IMG/VR virus record: IMGVR_UViG_3300045988_130750 | Coordinates: 1 to 64,000 of that record | From: a virus | DNA: 64,000 bases | Direction: 5' to 3' (one strand) | Part shown: piece after piece, positions 28,474-37,129 of the stretch | Layout of the letters: each line of letters opens with the position of its first letter | Position numbering within the stretch: position 1 is the stretch's first letter | Notes under the pieces: model-generated | Told to the model about the DNA's origin: nothing | Database searches by the model: none | Seen by the model: the letters and a program-made list of their open reading frames with translations, nothing else | Translations under genes and position numbers: made by a program

Positions 28474-28653
28474 CTAAAATGTAAGCATATTTGTATACTT
28501 TAATTTATTTATATCTGTATTTTCTGAAAACCGAAGAGTGTCAGTATTCAAAAATACATAAATACCATTAGAATTTTGCACCTGTTGATATCCTAATTGA
28601 GATAGGAGAGTAGCAGTAGGAATATCTTGGGTTATTATAAATTTTTGTTTCAT
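28474..28653 (-). CDS. hypothetical small protein (59 aa)
   Basis: ATG 28653 with GGAG RBS; below the ORF-track cutoff; between portal and scaffold genes. Confidence 0.4.
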   Translation of the reverse strand: MKQKFIITQDIPTATLLSQLGYQQVQNSNGIYVFLNTDTLRFSENTDINKLKYTNMLTF

Positions 28654-28667
28654 AATCCTTCTACTCC

Positions 28668-30245
28668 TTATTTATTGTTCTTATCTTGGTCTTTTGTCTT
28701 GAGTCCTTCATCACTTAAATCTGATTGATCTTTCTCTTGACCGCCACCTTGATTAGCACCAGATTGTGTATATGATGTACTAAATGGTTTAAGCTTCTCT
28801 CCAAGATTCAGACAGTCTTCCTCTAAGAAATTCATAGCAAGAGTATCTTTTTCAGATACACCGTTTAATGTGTTATATAAAATCTTGTTTGGAAGTCCAT
28901 TTTGACAAGACTCAAGGATTGATTTCTTAAAATCATCTTTCTGATAAATGGAAACATCAAAGAATTTAACTTTGCAAGGTTCAGATATCCAATTAGATAG
29001 AAGTCTATTAACAATAGCTTGAATCTGTGGAATAAGAGTTGAAATAGAAAATGTAGAATCTGCAAGAACACCATACTTAAAAGCAGTAGAATTAGATGCA
29101 GAGTTTAGGTTTAATATCTGAGCACCGCCAGCCGTATTGAGAATTTCTTTTGTGGCTTTTTCAACCTTTGTAACATCACCTGTTGCATCATCTGGAAAAC
29201 TTATCTCATGTAATTCACCAGGAACAATAGCAGCAGAGATATAGGGTGGCAATGCTTCTTCAAGCATACGATTGAAATACTGAATCATTATATCTGGATT
29301 TACAGCCCAATCATCTACATCATTGCCCATAGTTTTCATTTCAAGCCACACCAATTTATAAATATTGGCTGCTTGTTGAACTGCCTGATAATCAGAAGCA
29401 TCCATAAGATCAATCAATGATAAAAATATAGGTGTAAGCACGGGAACGATAGTTTCCCAGTCTTCAGACCTGAATTTAATACATACATTATATTCTTCTG
29501 GGATTAACTGATATTTTTCATTTGTGCTCTGATATGTATTCCACATACTATTGAATGGTTCACCCCAATATTCAAGAAGTTCCTGATGGCTACGGAAATA
29601 ACTCATGTCCATAGCTCCTGCAAATGAACCGTCAGGAAACATACCTGCAATTTTCATATAATCTGGATCTAATGGAAGAACAAACATTCCTTGTCCTTCT
29701 GTATAATAAGCACATCCATAAAATACATCTTCTCTTAAAGTGATAGACGCAGCTTTACGAAATTCATAATTCAATCCTAGAGTGTCAACTATATCAACTG
29801 TTTCTTGATACTTTTGCAATGTGGATTGTACATCATTTTCGCCTGAGATTATAAATGGAGGAACTATATTACGAATTGTAAGATCAATCTGATTTGCATA
29901 ATATTTACAAAGACGATAATAGATTTCTGAACGATAATAAAGATAACGAGATAGGCTTCGTAGATTCTTTTCATTAGAAGAGATATTCTTTATGTATGAT
30001 TTTACATCTTCCTTTGAATAGTTACTGATTGACGTATATCTGGATGATTTCTGAATATCTCGAAGACTTGTGATAGCACTTGTTGCGTCTTCATAACGTT
30101 CAAGTCTACTTTTATTTTTTTCATACCATTCACGCATTTCATTTGCGGTTGGCTGTTTTGGAGTAGAAGAAGTGGTTTTCTTCTGTGAATTATTTATTTT
30201 AGTAGGTGCATTAGAATTTGCATCTACTTTCTTAGGTCTAGGCAT
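28668..30245 (-). CDS. portal protein
   Basis: 525 aa directly downstream of terL; AAGGAGGTG RBS; charged C-terminal tail; assignment by position and size. Confidence 0.6.
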   Translation of the reverse strand: MPRPKKVDANSNAPTKINNSQKKTTSSTPKQPTANEMREWYEKNKSRLERYEDATSAITSLRDIQKSSRYTSISNYSKEDVKSYIKNISSNEKNLRSLSRYLYYRSEIYYRLCKYYANQIDLTIRNIVPPFIISGENDVQSTLQKYQETVDIVDTLGLNYEFRKAASITLREDVFYGCAYYTEGQGMFVLPLDPDYMKIAGMFPDGSFAGAMDMSYFRSHQELLEYWGEPFNSMWNTYQSTNEKYQLIPEEYNVCIKFRSEDWETIVPVLTPIFLSLIDLMDASDYQAVQQAANIYKLVWLEMKTMGNDVDDWAVNPDIMIQYFNRMLEEALPPYISAAIVPGELHEISFPDDATGDVTKVEKATKEILNTAGGAQILNLNSASNSTAFKYGVLADSTFSISTLIPQIQAIVNRLLSNWISEPCKVKFFDVSIYQKDDFKKSILESCQNGLPNKILYNTLNGVSEKDTLAMNFLEEDCLNLGEKLKPFSTSYTQSGANQGGGQEKDQSDLSDEGLKTKDQDKNNK

Positions 30246-30263
30246 ATTTAATAATGCACCTCC

Positions 30264-31826
30264 TTAATTATATTTTGCTTTACGGATTGTAAGCTTATTG
30301 ATGAAACTTGTGGCATCTTCGGTTGGACGTTTCTTATTTGTAATGGCTTTTCTACGTTCACACATAAGGGCGTAAGAAGCCATGCAGCACGTATATGCTC
30401 TGTCATCGTGAAGCTTATTAGCCTTTTCTGGTGTTAATTCAAATGAATCTTTTCCAGAGTCTCTTTTCTTACGAACCATATTCACAAGTTCTTCTTTAAG
30501 AGCATCAATATTAGCAAGAGCTATTTCATCTTGCCAATCAAGTTTAATGGTTTTGGTATTAACTGATTGGATTTTTCCAAGTTCGTCATTTAACCGACTT
30601 TCAAATTCTTTTTCGTTGAGCTTTTCTTTCTTCAAATCTTTTGTGATTTTTTCTCTTGCTTGTGTAAGTTTTTCTTCATCAATGTCAAAAACGGTTAAAT
30701 AATCCTTATTATCATAGGGTGCGGTAAAACTTACTTTATCTTGATTTATCAATTCAATCATTGCTTCATACATTTCAGATTTAAAAGCAGTAGGAGACAT
30801 TAAGTGTACTTTATCTACTGCATTTGGGAATTTTTTTATATAATCAGCAGAGTATTCCTTATCAATTAAACCCCTATGTACAATTCCAGCAGAGTCAGTG
30901 AAATCAGGCATCAAATAGTCTGCTATATTTACGCCGCCACCTCCAGAACCTGCATCAATATATACTCCAATAATATTTCCATAAGCATCAGCACCGCCAT
31001 TATAAGCAAGAATAACTTTTTTCAAGTATTCAATCTGGTCTGGTGTTTGCATAGGTGACTTGATTTTTTTTCCAACGTCTATTAAGTTTATACAATTTAC
31101 AAGTCGCATTCTTGTATCAATACTTCCATCAACTTGTTCAAAATCATATATTTCTCCAACAAGAATAACTGAATTATCACGACTTCTGGCAGGATCATAT
31201 GTAATGACAAATTTCTTGTCACCTGTGTCATTGTATAGAAGTGGTTTACGCACTTCTTCATTACGAGTTATAACACCACGTCTAATAATCGCATCCGATC
31301 CCGCATCTGTTGTAAACTCACAAAAATATTCACGCCTAGCTTTTTCTGGATTTGTTCTCATATCAGAATCAATGGTAGACTTTTCAAATAGAGGTGCCAT
31401 CATCTGTCCATGAATAGTAGGGCGTAGTGGTACTTCGCAAGTAATATTGGCAACAAAATAGTCTTTATTTCCCATTATCATTTGTTTTGAAAATTCTCTA
31501 TATAGTGAATAATATTTTGTGGAAGTATCAGAAGCAGAAGATATATAGAATTTTTGGTTTGGAATTTCTCTTGGAATTGCTCTTAATCGAACAGTATCAA
31601 TTCTGTTTCCGTCTCTATCTTTACCAGATTTGAAGCTTTTATTTACGATTGCAAAAGCTGAATATACCGACATCATTTCATCAGAAAGGAAACCACACTC
31701 ATCAAAAATTACATTTCCTCGCATACCTCTTTTTCGATCTACATTAGAATTTAATGTCTGAGTAAATCCACCATTATATGTCGAATATGAAAAACCATTA
31801 CTGCCATGTGAAACAAATTTGTTACT
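30264..31826 (-). CDS. terL: terminase large subunit, 3' exon-like part (Walker B plus nuclease domain)
   Basis: RGMRGNVIFDECGF (Walker B), VITYDPARSRDNS (RNaseH-like nuclease Asp); the track start ATG 31856 has no RBS and lies in a hairpin loop, so the 5' limit is set at the proposed 3' splice site. Confidence 0.7.
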   Translation of the reverse strand, partial: SNKFVSHGSNGFSYSTYNGGFTQTLNSNVDRKRGMRGNVIFDECGFLSDEMMSVYSAFAIVNKSFKSGKDRDGNRIDTVRLRAIPREIPNQKFYISSASDTSTKYYSLYREFSKQMIMGNKDYFVANITCEVPLRPTIHGQMMAPLFEKSTIDSDMRTNPEKARREYFCEFTTDAGSDAIIRRGVITRNEEVRKPLLYNDTGDKKFVITYDPARSRDNSVILVGEIYDFEQVDGSIDTRMRLVNCINLIDVGKKIKSPMQTPDQIEYLKKVILAYNGGADAYGNIIGVYIDAGSGGGGVNIADYLMPDFTDSAGIVHRGLIDKEYSADYIKKFPNAVDKVHLMSPTAFKSEMYEAMIELINQDKVSFTAPYDNKDYLTVFDIDEEKLTQAREKITKDLKKEKLNEKEFESRLNDELGKIQSVNTKTIKLDWQDEIALANIDALKEELVNMVRKKRDSGKDSFELTPEKANKLHDDRAYTCCMASYALMCERRKAITNKKRPTEDATSFINKLTIRKAKYN

Positions 31827-32040
31827 CTTTTTATAAAATAAAAAGGGATAGGTCATTTCTGCCTATCTCTGCAATTTCATTATATATTAGATTATAGTTG
31901 CAGTTCAGATCATACCATCTTCCCCTAAGGAAGCTCCCGTATGTCTAATTGTTACCAATTAAACTGTGATCGTTGCAGGACGCAAGTATAACTTGCATTA
32001 CCCTCATGATTATCCATCTCTGGACTTCCCATGATTTGAG
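31827..32040 (-). ncRNA. candidate ORF-less group I intron splitting terL (~214 nt; boundaries approximate)
   Basis: terL halves lie in different frames 88 nt apart after 45 junk codons; R-like UGCAACGAUCACAG and S-like AAGAUGGUAUGAUCUG elements (GAUCA/UGAUC pairing); GNRA-capped hairpin UAAUUG-GUAA-CAAUUA; four more hairpins; ends in G. Confidence 0.45.
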
Positions 32041-32574
32041 AGAGTTTTGATATACATTACTGTATAAAAGGTCTTTACTTAAACCATCACCAGCAGCATT
32101 TTTAATTTCAATTTCAGCTTTAAATATGTATCCTGTCGAACCCATCATTGTATCAATATTATCATTTGCAAGTCTCTCCAAAGTGGTAAAAGTTTGTTCA
32201 GCCTGACTGCCGCTACCGCTTGCAATATACGTCCAATAGTTGTTAAATAACATATTTTTTGACATTATGATTATGTCGATAAGAGTGGATTTACCAAATC
32301 CACGGCTACATACCAACAATACATTGGGGCAAGTCCAACTTTGTTGAACTATCCATGCTTGTGCATCCAAAAGTTCTATATTGAAAAAGTCGTTTATAAA
32401 GCGAACAGGATTACATTGATAATATTTTTGCATATATGCTATTTTTATCAACGAATCTATTTTTCTTGAAGACATAGCATAAGTGCCAGGTTTTACATAA
32501 ATAATATCCTCTTGAATACATTGGTCATCGTACTTAATCACATCTAACGGATCAGAAATATCTTTAAACCTCAT
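32041..32574 (-). CDS. terL: terminase large subunit, 5' exon-like part (Walker A ATPase)
   Basis: LLVCSRGFGKSTLID = Walker A; start at ATG 32574 (GAGGA RBS; 32583 also possible), overlapping the stop of the upstream gene. Confidence 0.7.
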
Positions 32575-33865
32575 TGTTCTCATCCTCACTTTCTGAATCA
32601 TCAGATTCGTCAGATGCTTGTTCTGAGAAACAAGAGAATAAGTCATTTAAGTCAACTAAGTTCATATCAAGAGATATATTTTTATCTTTTAAATAATCTT
32701 TAATGTCAAGATTTTCTCTAAGTAAAATACGAGATATTTCAATATATTTATCCAAATCTCTTTGCAAATCAACGATTTTTTGTCGTTGTTCTGCAACCAT
32801 ATCAGACCATTCAGATTCATCAAGAGCAAGTGTTTTCATAATAGAAGCATTACTCAAATCCATTACTTGTTTCATAGCTTTACAAGTTTCTAAATCAAAA
32901 CCATTGACTTCACCTTCACGAAGATTAAGTTCTTTTATTTTTTTGATTTTTCCTGTCCACGTATTTTCACCTTTTTTCGCATTTTTATTATGCTTGAGTG
33001 AAATACAACTATCTTGTGCCAAACTTGTAATAACAGAGGTAATTTTACCTTTGCTTTCTTGCAATGATTTTATTGTTGCAGAATTACGTTCAATATTGGA
33101 AATATCACTCATTAATTTAGCAACAGTATCATCTATTTTTGATTGCTGTAAGAAACCACGAACAATAGAAATAGCAGAAGATGTGCGCATCATATCTTCA
33201 TTTGCATCTTCACTTGAATCGAGAATTCCCAATAATTGAGAATATAAAAATGGTTGGTCTGCAATATCTTCTTTTTCAAATGGATCATAACTCAATAGTC
33301 GAATGACATCATCTTTGTTTTTCAAGAAACTATCATATGTATCCAATCCTGCATGAGTTTCAATTAACTGTTCTTCAGTTGTTTCTTCTTTTGGAGAATC
33401 AACAGTAACAGTAGATTTAAATATATCCGAATCCTTGAAAGTATCGCCATTATATTGCCCCATAGCAACGTTTTTTACATATGATAAGTATCCATTAGAA
33501 CGAACCTTGCCTGACGCAAGATTCTCAGATTCTTGAACACTGGAATCCCATAACTTTGTATAGAAAGGTTTGTTAAGATACCGCATAGCTTCAATTACTG
33601 AAGTTTTATCAGGATCGTGTTCGACTTTATCCTTACCGATTTTAAGAGCAATCTTACGTGCACAGTCTTTACAAATAGGAGTAAGCCCACTTTTATTTAG
33701 CGGATCTGTACTGACATAAAATTTATCTCGTGCCTTATGTGTATCACACATATAACACCAAGCACCATCTTTTAGAGTTTGCACTCTATCTTCAAGTGTT
33801 TCTATTTTCTTTCTCAGTTGAGCAGCCGTCAATTTCGTTTCGGTTGCATTACTTTTCGTAGCCAA
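32564..33865 (-). CDS. hypothetical DNA-packaging-module protein (possible small terminase / accessory), zinc ribbon
   Basis: 433 aa, TTG start with GGAGGTGG RBS; CYMCD...CKDC ribbon; acidic tail; immediately upstream of terL, so function is by position only. Confidence 0.3.
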   Translation of the reverse strand: MATKSNATETKLTAAQLRKKIETLEDRVQTLKDGAWCYMCDTHKARDKFYVSTDPLNKSGLTPICKDCARKIALKIGKDKVEHDPDKTSVIEAMRYLNKPFYTKLWDSSVQESENLASGKVRSNGYLSYVKNVAMGQYNGDTFKDSDIFKSTVTVDSPKEETTEEQLIETHAGLDTYDSFLKNKDDVIRLLSYDPFEKEDIADQPFLYSQLLGILDSSEDANEDMMRTSSAISIVRGFLQQSKIDDTVAKLMSDISNIERNSATIKSLQESKGKITSVITSLAQDSCISLKHNKNAKKGENTWTGKIKKIKELNLREGEVNGFDLETCKAMKQVMDLSNASIMKTLALDESEWSDMVAEQRQKIVDLQRDLDKYIEISRILLRENLDIKDYLKDKNISLDMNLVDLNDLFSCFSEQASDESDDSESEDENNEV

Positions 33866-33922
33866 TCAACAGCCACCTCCTTTTATTCAAATAAAATAGA
33901 AGAGTACCAACAGATACTCTTC

Positions 33923-35767
33923 TTAATAACCAACTACATATTTTTCTTTTATTAGTTCCAATTCATTATTATCATTCAATTCATAATTGAAAGAATGATA
34001 ATTTTCTAATTTTCCATTATTTTTTATGTATAACTCTATGAGTTTTTTACATAATTCAAAATTTTCATTTATGTCTTTTTCCCAAAGATACAAAACTTCA
34101 ATTCCATACTTATTTTTAATATAGGTATGTTTACGTTTATCCTTTATTAAATTTCCCTTAATACCAGAAGTGTTTGATTTATCAGACAAGAGAGGACTAC
34201 AATGCCAAAAATCACCTTGTACCTCGATCATTAAATGATAATCAGATAAATAATGGTCTACTAAATAATATTTACAATCGTATTCACCAATATATTTAAT
34301 ATCCATTTCGTCCAATAAATCATTTATCATTTGTTGTGGCTTTGAAGTTTCAATACTATTCTTCGTACCTTCAAGTGTTACCCATCTGATATAATCCTTA
34401 GTTTTCTTGACTCCCATTCGTCTAGCATATCTTTCTAATTGATCAACAGTTCGACCAGGAAATTTATCAATAAAATCACTTGTTCTATTGTTTGGATATA
34501 ATTGCCGAATCATTTCTCGTTCATTCTCAGAGAATAATTCATCTTTCCTATATATTCCAAATACATTAACAGCTCTATATTGAACAGATGATTCATCTTT
34601 ACCTAATATCTTGGCAATGTCAGAAACAGAATAATCCATATTTCTATAATTATCTTTTAAGAATTGATCTTGTTCTGAAGTCCAACCAGTAACAAATTCT
34701 TCATCTTTCTTAATACCAAGACTATTTATTTTCCCATACAAGCCAGATAAGCTCATATCATCTTTAAAATATTTATTATAGAATTTTTCTGTATTCATAT
34801 ATGGATATTCATTAAATAATAATTCTAATTTATCCTCAGTCCAATATACCTCACCGTTTCTAAAACGATTTGTTACAACTAAACCAAGTTCTGCTTTCTT
34901 TTTATCTATCTGTCCAATTTTTCTATCAGGGAAGAATTTTTCAATCAGAACATCAGCAGAATATGTATTATAATATTTCTTCAATATATCAATTTCTTCA
35001 TCAGTCCATTCTCTCGGTTTTTCATTCCTTAATAAACCAATAGAATTAGCTTTACCAGTAATTTCTGAAATTGTTCGATTGGGAATATATTTATTGTGAA
35101 TTTCTTCTAAAGAAATATCTTGTGAATAGTATTTGTTAAGATATGAGATTTCTTCATCAGTCCAAGAAATGTAATCTTGTTTAAGATTTAATTCACCAGC
35201 TCTGTGTAAAATTGCACTATATGTTTTTGAAAAATAATTTATCAAGTCATCATTCTTTACAGTTCCATAAATTTGCTTTAATAAATTATCTTCCTCAACA
35301 GTCCATACAATTTCTGCTTTATTGAGAGATAATTTTCTCCCTCTTGCTTCAATGGCACGAACAGTTTTATTTGGTAAGAACAAATCATGTAATTCTGTAT
35401 TAGTATAATTTGCAAATTTATCTTTAAGGATTTCGTCTTCTTCAATCGACCATACACAACTGACTTTATGTTTTAAGTGTAAAACGCTTGCTTTACTTGT
35501 TACTTGTGATAATGTCAACTGTGGAAAATAATTCTTTTGAATGTCTTTTACATACATTCCATTTTCATATTTCTCTGTCAGTAGAGCAATATCTTCATCA
35601 GACCATCTAAAAGTTTTTGATTCTAATCCAAGTGTTTTTATTCTTCCTCGTACACTTGGAACTGTTCTTTCGGGAAAATATTTTTCTACAATTTCTGGAT
35701 ATGACATTTTATCATATACCTGTTTTAATATTTCATCTTCTTGAATTGTCCATTTTTTACTTGCCAT
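33923..35767 (-). CDS. array of ~8 Myb/SANT-like repeats fused to a Vsr-like endonuclease domain
   Basis: repeats of W(T/S).EED..L...Y.......I......RT...I..R...LGL about every 55 aa; C-terminus YLVDHYLSDYHLMIEVQGDFWH...KRKHTYIKNKYGIEVLYLWE = Vsr/DUF559-type core. Confidence 0.6.
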   Translation of the reverse strand: MASKKWTIQEDEILKQVYDKMSYPEIVEKYFPERTVPSVRGRIKTLGLESKTFRWSDEDIALLTEKYENGMYVKDIQKNYFPQLTLSQVTSKASVLHLKHKVSCVWSIEEDEILKDKFANYTNTELHDLFLPNKTVRAIEARGRKLSLNKAEIVWTVEEDNLLKQIYGTVKNDDLINYFSKTYSAILHRAGELNLKQDYISWTDEEISYLNKYYSQDISLEEIHNKYIPNRTISEITGKANSIGLLRNEKPREWTDEEIDILKKYYNTYSADVLIEKFFPDRKIGQIDKKKAELGLVVTNRFRNGEVYWTEDKLELLFNEYPYMNTEKFYNKYFKDDMSLSGLYGKINSLGIKKDEEFVTGWTSEQDQFLKDNYRNMDYSVSDIAKILGKDESSVQYRAVNVFGIYRKDELFSENEREMIRQLYPNNRTSDFIDKFPGRTVDQLERYARRMGVKKTKDYIRWVTLEGTKNSIETSKPQQMINDLLDEMDIKYIGEYDCKYYLVDHYLSDYHLMIEVQGDFWHCSPLLSDKSNTSGIKGNLIKDKRKHTYIKNKYGIEVLYLWEKDINENFELCKKLIELYIKNNGKLENYHSFNYELNDNNELELIKEKYVVGY

Positions 35768-35925
35768 AATTATTTCGCTCACTTTCTTGCTCGCTTATTT
35801 ATAAAAAGATGGAAGAGTGGTGCGAGCGATTACCAACTCATATGGCTCATGACTTCCATATGTCTTCCATCCATAATCCAACTACCTGCAATCGAAACAG
35901 TAACGATCCTCTCATAGTTGGCTAT

Positions 35926-35943
35926 ATATTTATTCTCTTTTTA
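35926..35943 (-). promoter_or_regulatory. recurrent GAGAATA-type promoter-like motif
   Basis: minus-sense AAAAAGAGAATAAATATAT about 150 nt upstream of 33923-35767; the leader contains GATGGAAGA...TCTTCCATC plus TTTTTAT (attenuator-like). Confidence 0.35.
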
Positions 35944-36055
35944 AATTCCATCACAATATAAAAAGAAGCCACTTCATACGAAATGACTTCTCATAATTTC
36001 CAATATTAAATTTCCAATGAAAGTGCAATTTACATTGAAAAGAGTAGCACTGTGG

Positions 36056-36604
36056 CTACTCTCTATCACTCATATTTCTAATTGTTGTATATGGAATATC
36101 ATGACTGTCTAATAAATCACAAACATATTTACCTAATCCAGTGTCATCAACGTAAACAGTCATATTACCTTTATTACAGTAAGAAGTAATTGTATATATA
36201 AAAATTGCTTTATCTTTCTTTAAATCAAAACGAAATTTCCTTCTACCAACATATACAAGTGTCACATCAGTTCCATAGTCAATATACATTGTTGTACTAT
36301 CACCAACAGTCCATTTTTTATGATTTCTAATTTCGCCAGAATGATTCTGTTCCCAAACAGCAACTTCGTTATGCCCATCTGTTTCGTATTCAGAATATTC
36401 TAAATGCCAATCATACTCTTTAATTAAAGACAATGTATCTTTTAAAAGTCGAAGAGTATCAATTGTCATTTTATTTCTAAATGCACAATTATCTGGATCA
36501 GCTTCTGCGCTTACATATTTATTGTATCTTTCTGTAAGAGCCTTTGCGTCCTTGATTAACGTGTCAACAGTTTCATCAAAAATATTTTTGTTTCCTTTAT
36601 TCAT
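36056..36604 (-). CDS. hypothetical protein (182 aa)
   Basis: GGAGGAAAA RBS; terminator hairpin overlapping the stop. Confidence 0.6.
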   Translation of the reverse strand: MNKGNKNIFDETVDTLIKDAKALTERYNKYVSAEADPDNCAFRNKMTIDTLRLLKDTLSLIKEYDWHLEYSEYETDGHNEVAVWEQNHSGEIRNHKKWTVGDSTTMYIDYGTDVTLVYVGRRKFRFDLKKDKAIFIYTITSYCNKGNMTVYVDDTGLGKYVCDLLDSHDIPYTTIRNMSDRE

Positions 36605-36665
36605 TTAATTTTCCTCCAAGCAGTAAGTTGCAAGCTATTATTTGTTAATACAATTTTGTACTTAG

Positions 36666-36738
36666 CACACCTTCTACGATTTGAACATAGACCTGACGAT
36701 TTTGGAGATCGTTGCTCTACCAATTAAGCTAAAGGTGT
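36666..36738 (-). tRNA. tRNA-Trp (anticodon CCA)
   Basis: hand-folded cloverleaf: ACACCTT/AAGGTGT acceptor, GCTT/GAGC D-stem, ACGAT-CTCCAAA-ATCGT anticodon arm, CTATG-TTCAAAT-CGTAG T-arm; no encoded CCA. Confidence 0.8.
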
Positions 36739-36834
36739 ATATAACAAAAGAGCCATCTCAACACATGAAATGACTCTTTCTTAACACAGTATTAAATTTA
36801 CCAATCAGTCGCCAAACTGATTATAACTGTATAG

Positions 36835-36914
36835 GGCGGTAGGGTAGTGATGAACTACCAGGGATAAAACCGTATGTGCACCACAGCAAAATCCTTCGAC
36901 ATCAGGCTTACCGC
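36835..36914 (-). tRNA. non-canonical tRNA-like gene (possible GCA/Cys anticodon loop GUGCACA)
   Basis: GCGGTAA/CTACCGC acceptor and GGTAG-TTCATCA-CTACC T-arm, 4 nt from tRNA-Glu; the D region is irregular and the anticodon arm is extended (GGAT/ATCC plus CTGTG/TACGG). Confidence 0.4.
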
Positions 36915-36918
36915 ATAA

Positions 36919-36991
36919 TGACTCTGGCGTGACTTGAACACAGCATTACCACCTTGAAAGGGTGGTGTCCTTACCTTTAGACCACAGAGCC
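36919..36991 (-). tRNA. tRNA-Glu (anticodon TTC)
   Basis: GGCTCTG/CAGAGTC acceptor, GTCT/GGAC D-stem, CCACC-CTTTCAA-GGTGG anticodon arm, T-arm with one C-C mismatch. Confidence 0.75.
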
Positions 36992-37052
36992 ATATTTATT
37001 TTTCATAACCTTTACAGAGTGCTTTGAAAAATATAAAGTCAAGTATCTCTAA

Positions 37053-37124
37053 CTGACTCGGTAGGGATTGAACCTACGACATGCAGATTAACAGTCTGCC
37101 GTTCTACCACTGAACTACGAGCCA
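37053..37124 (-). tRNA. tRNA-Asn (anticodon GTT), copy 1
   Basis: TGGCTCG/CGAGTCA acceptor (G3-U70), GCAGA-CTGTTAA-TCTGC anticodon arm, GTAGG-TTCAATC-CCTAC T-arm. Confidence 0.8.
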
Positions 37125-37129
37125 ATAAA

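Noticed and set aside
31854-31856. ATG 31856 as an independent start, making a separate nuclease-domain protein.
   Set aside because: There is no Shine-Dalgarno sequence in a genome where almost every gene has a strong one. The ATG lies in the loop of a 6-bp hairpin, and the first 10 codons (MTYPFLFYKK) fall inside predicted hairpins. A genuine two-gene split cannot be excluded without RNA data.
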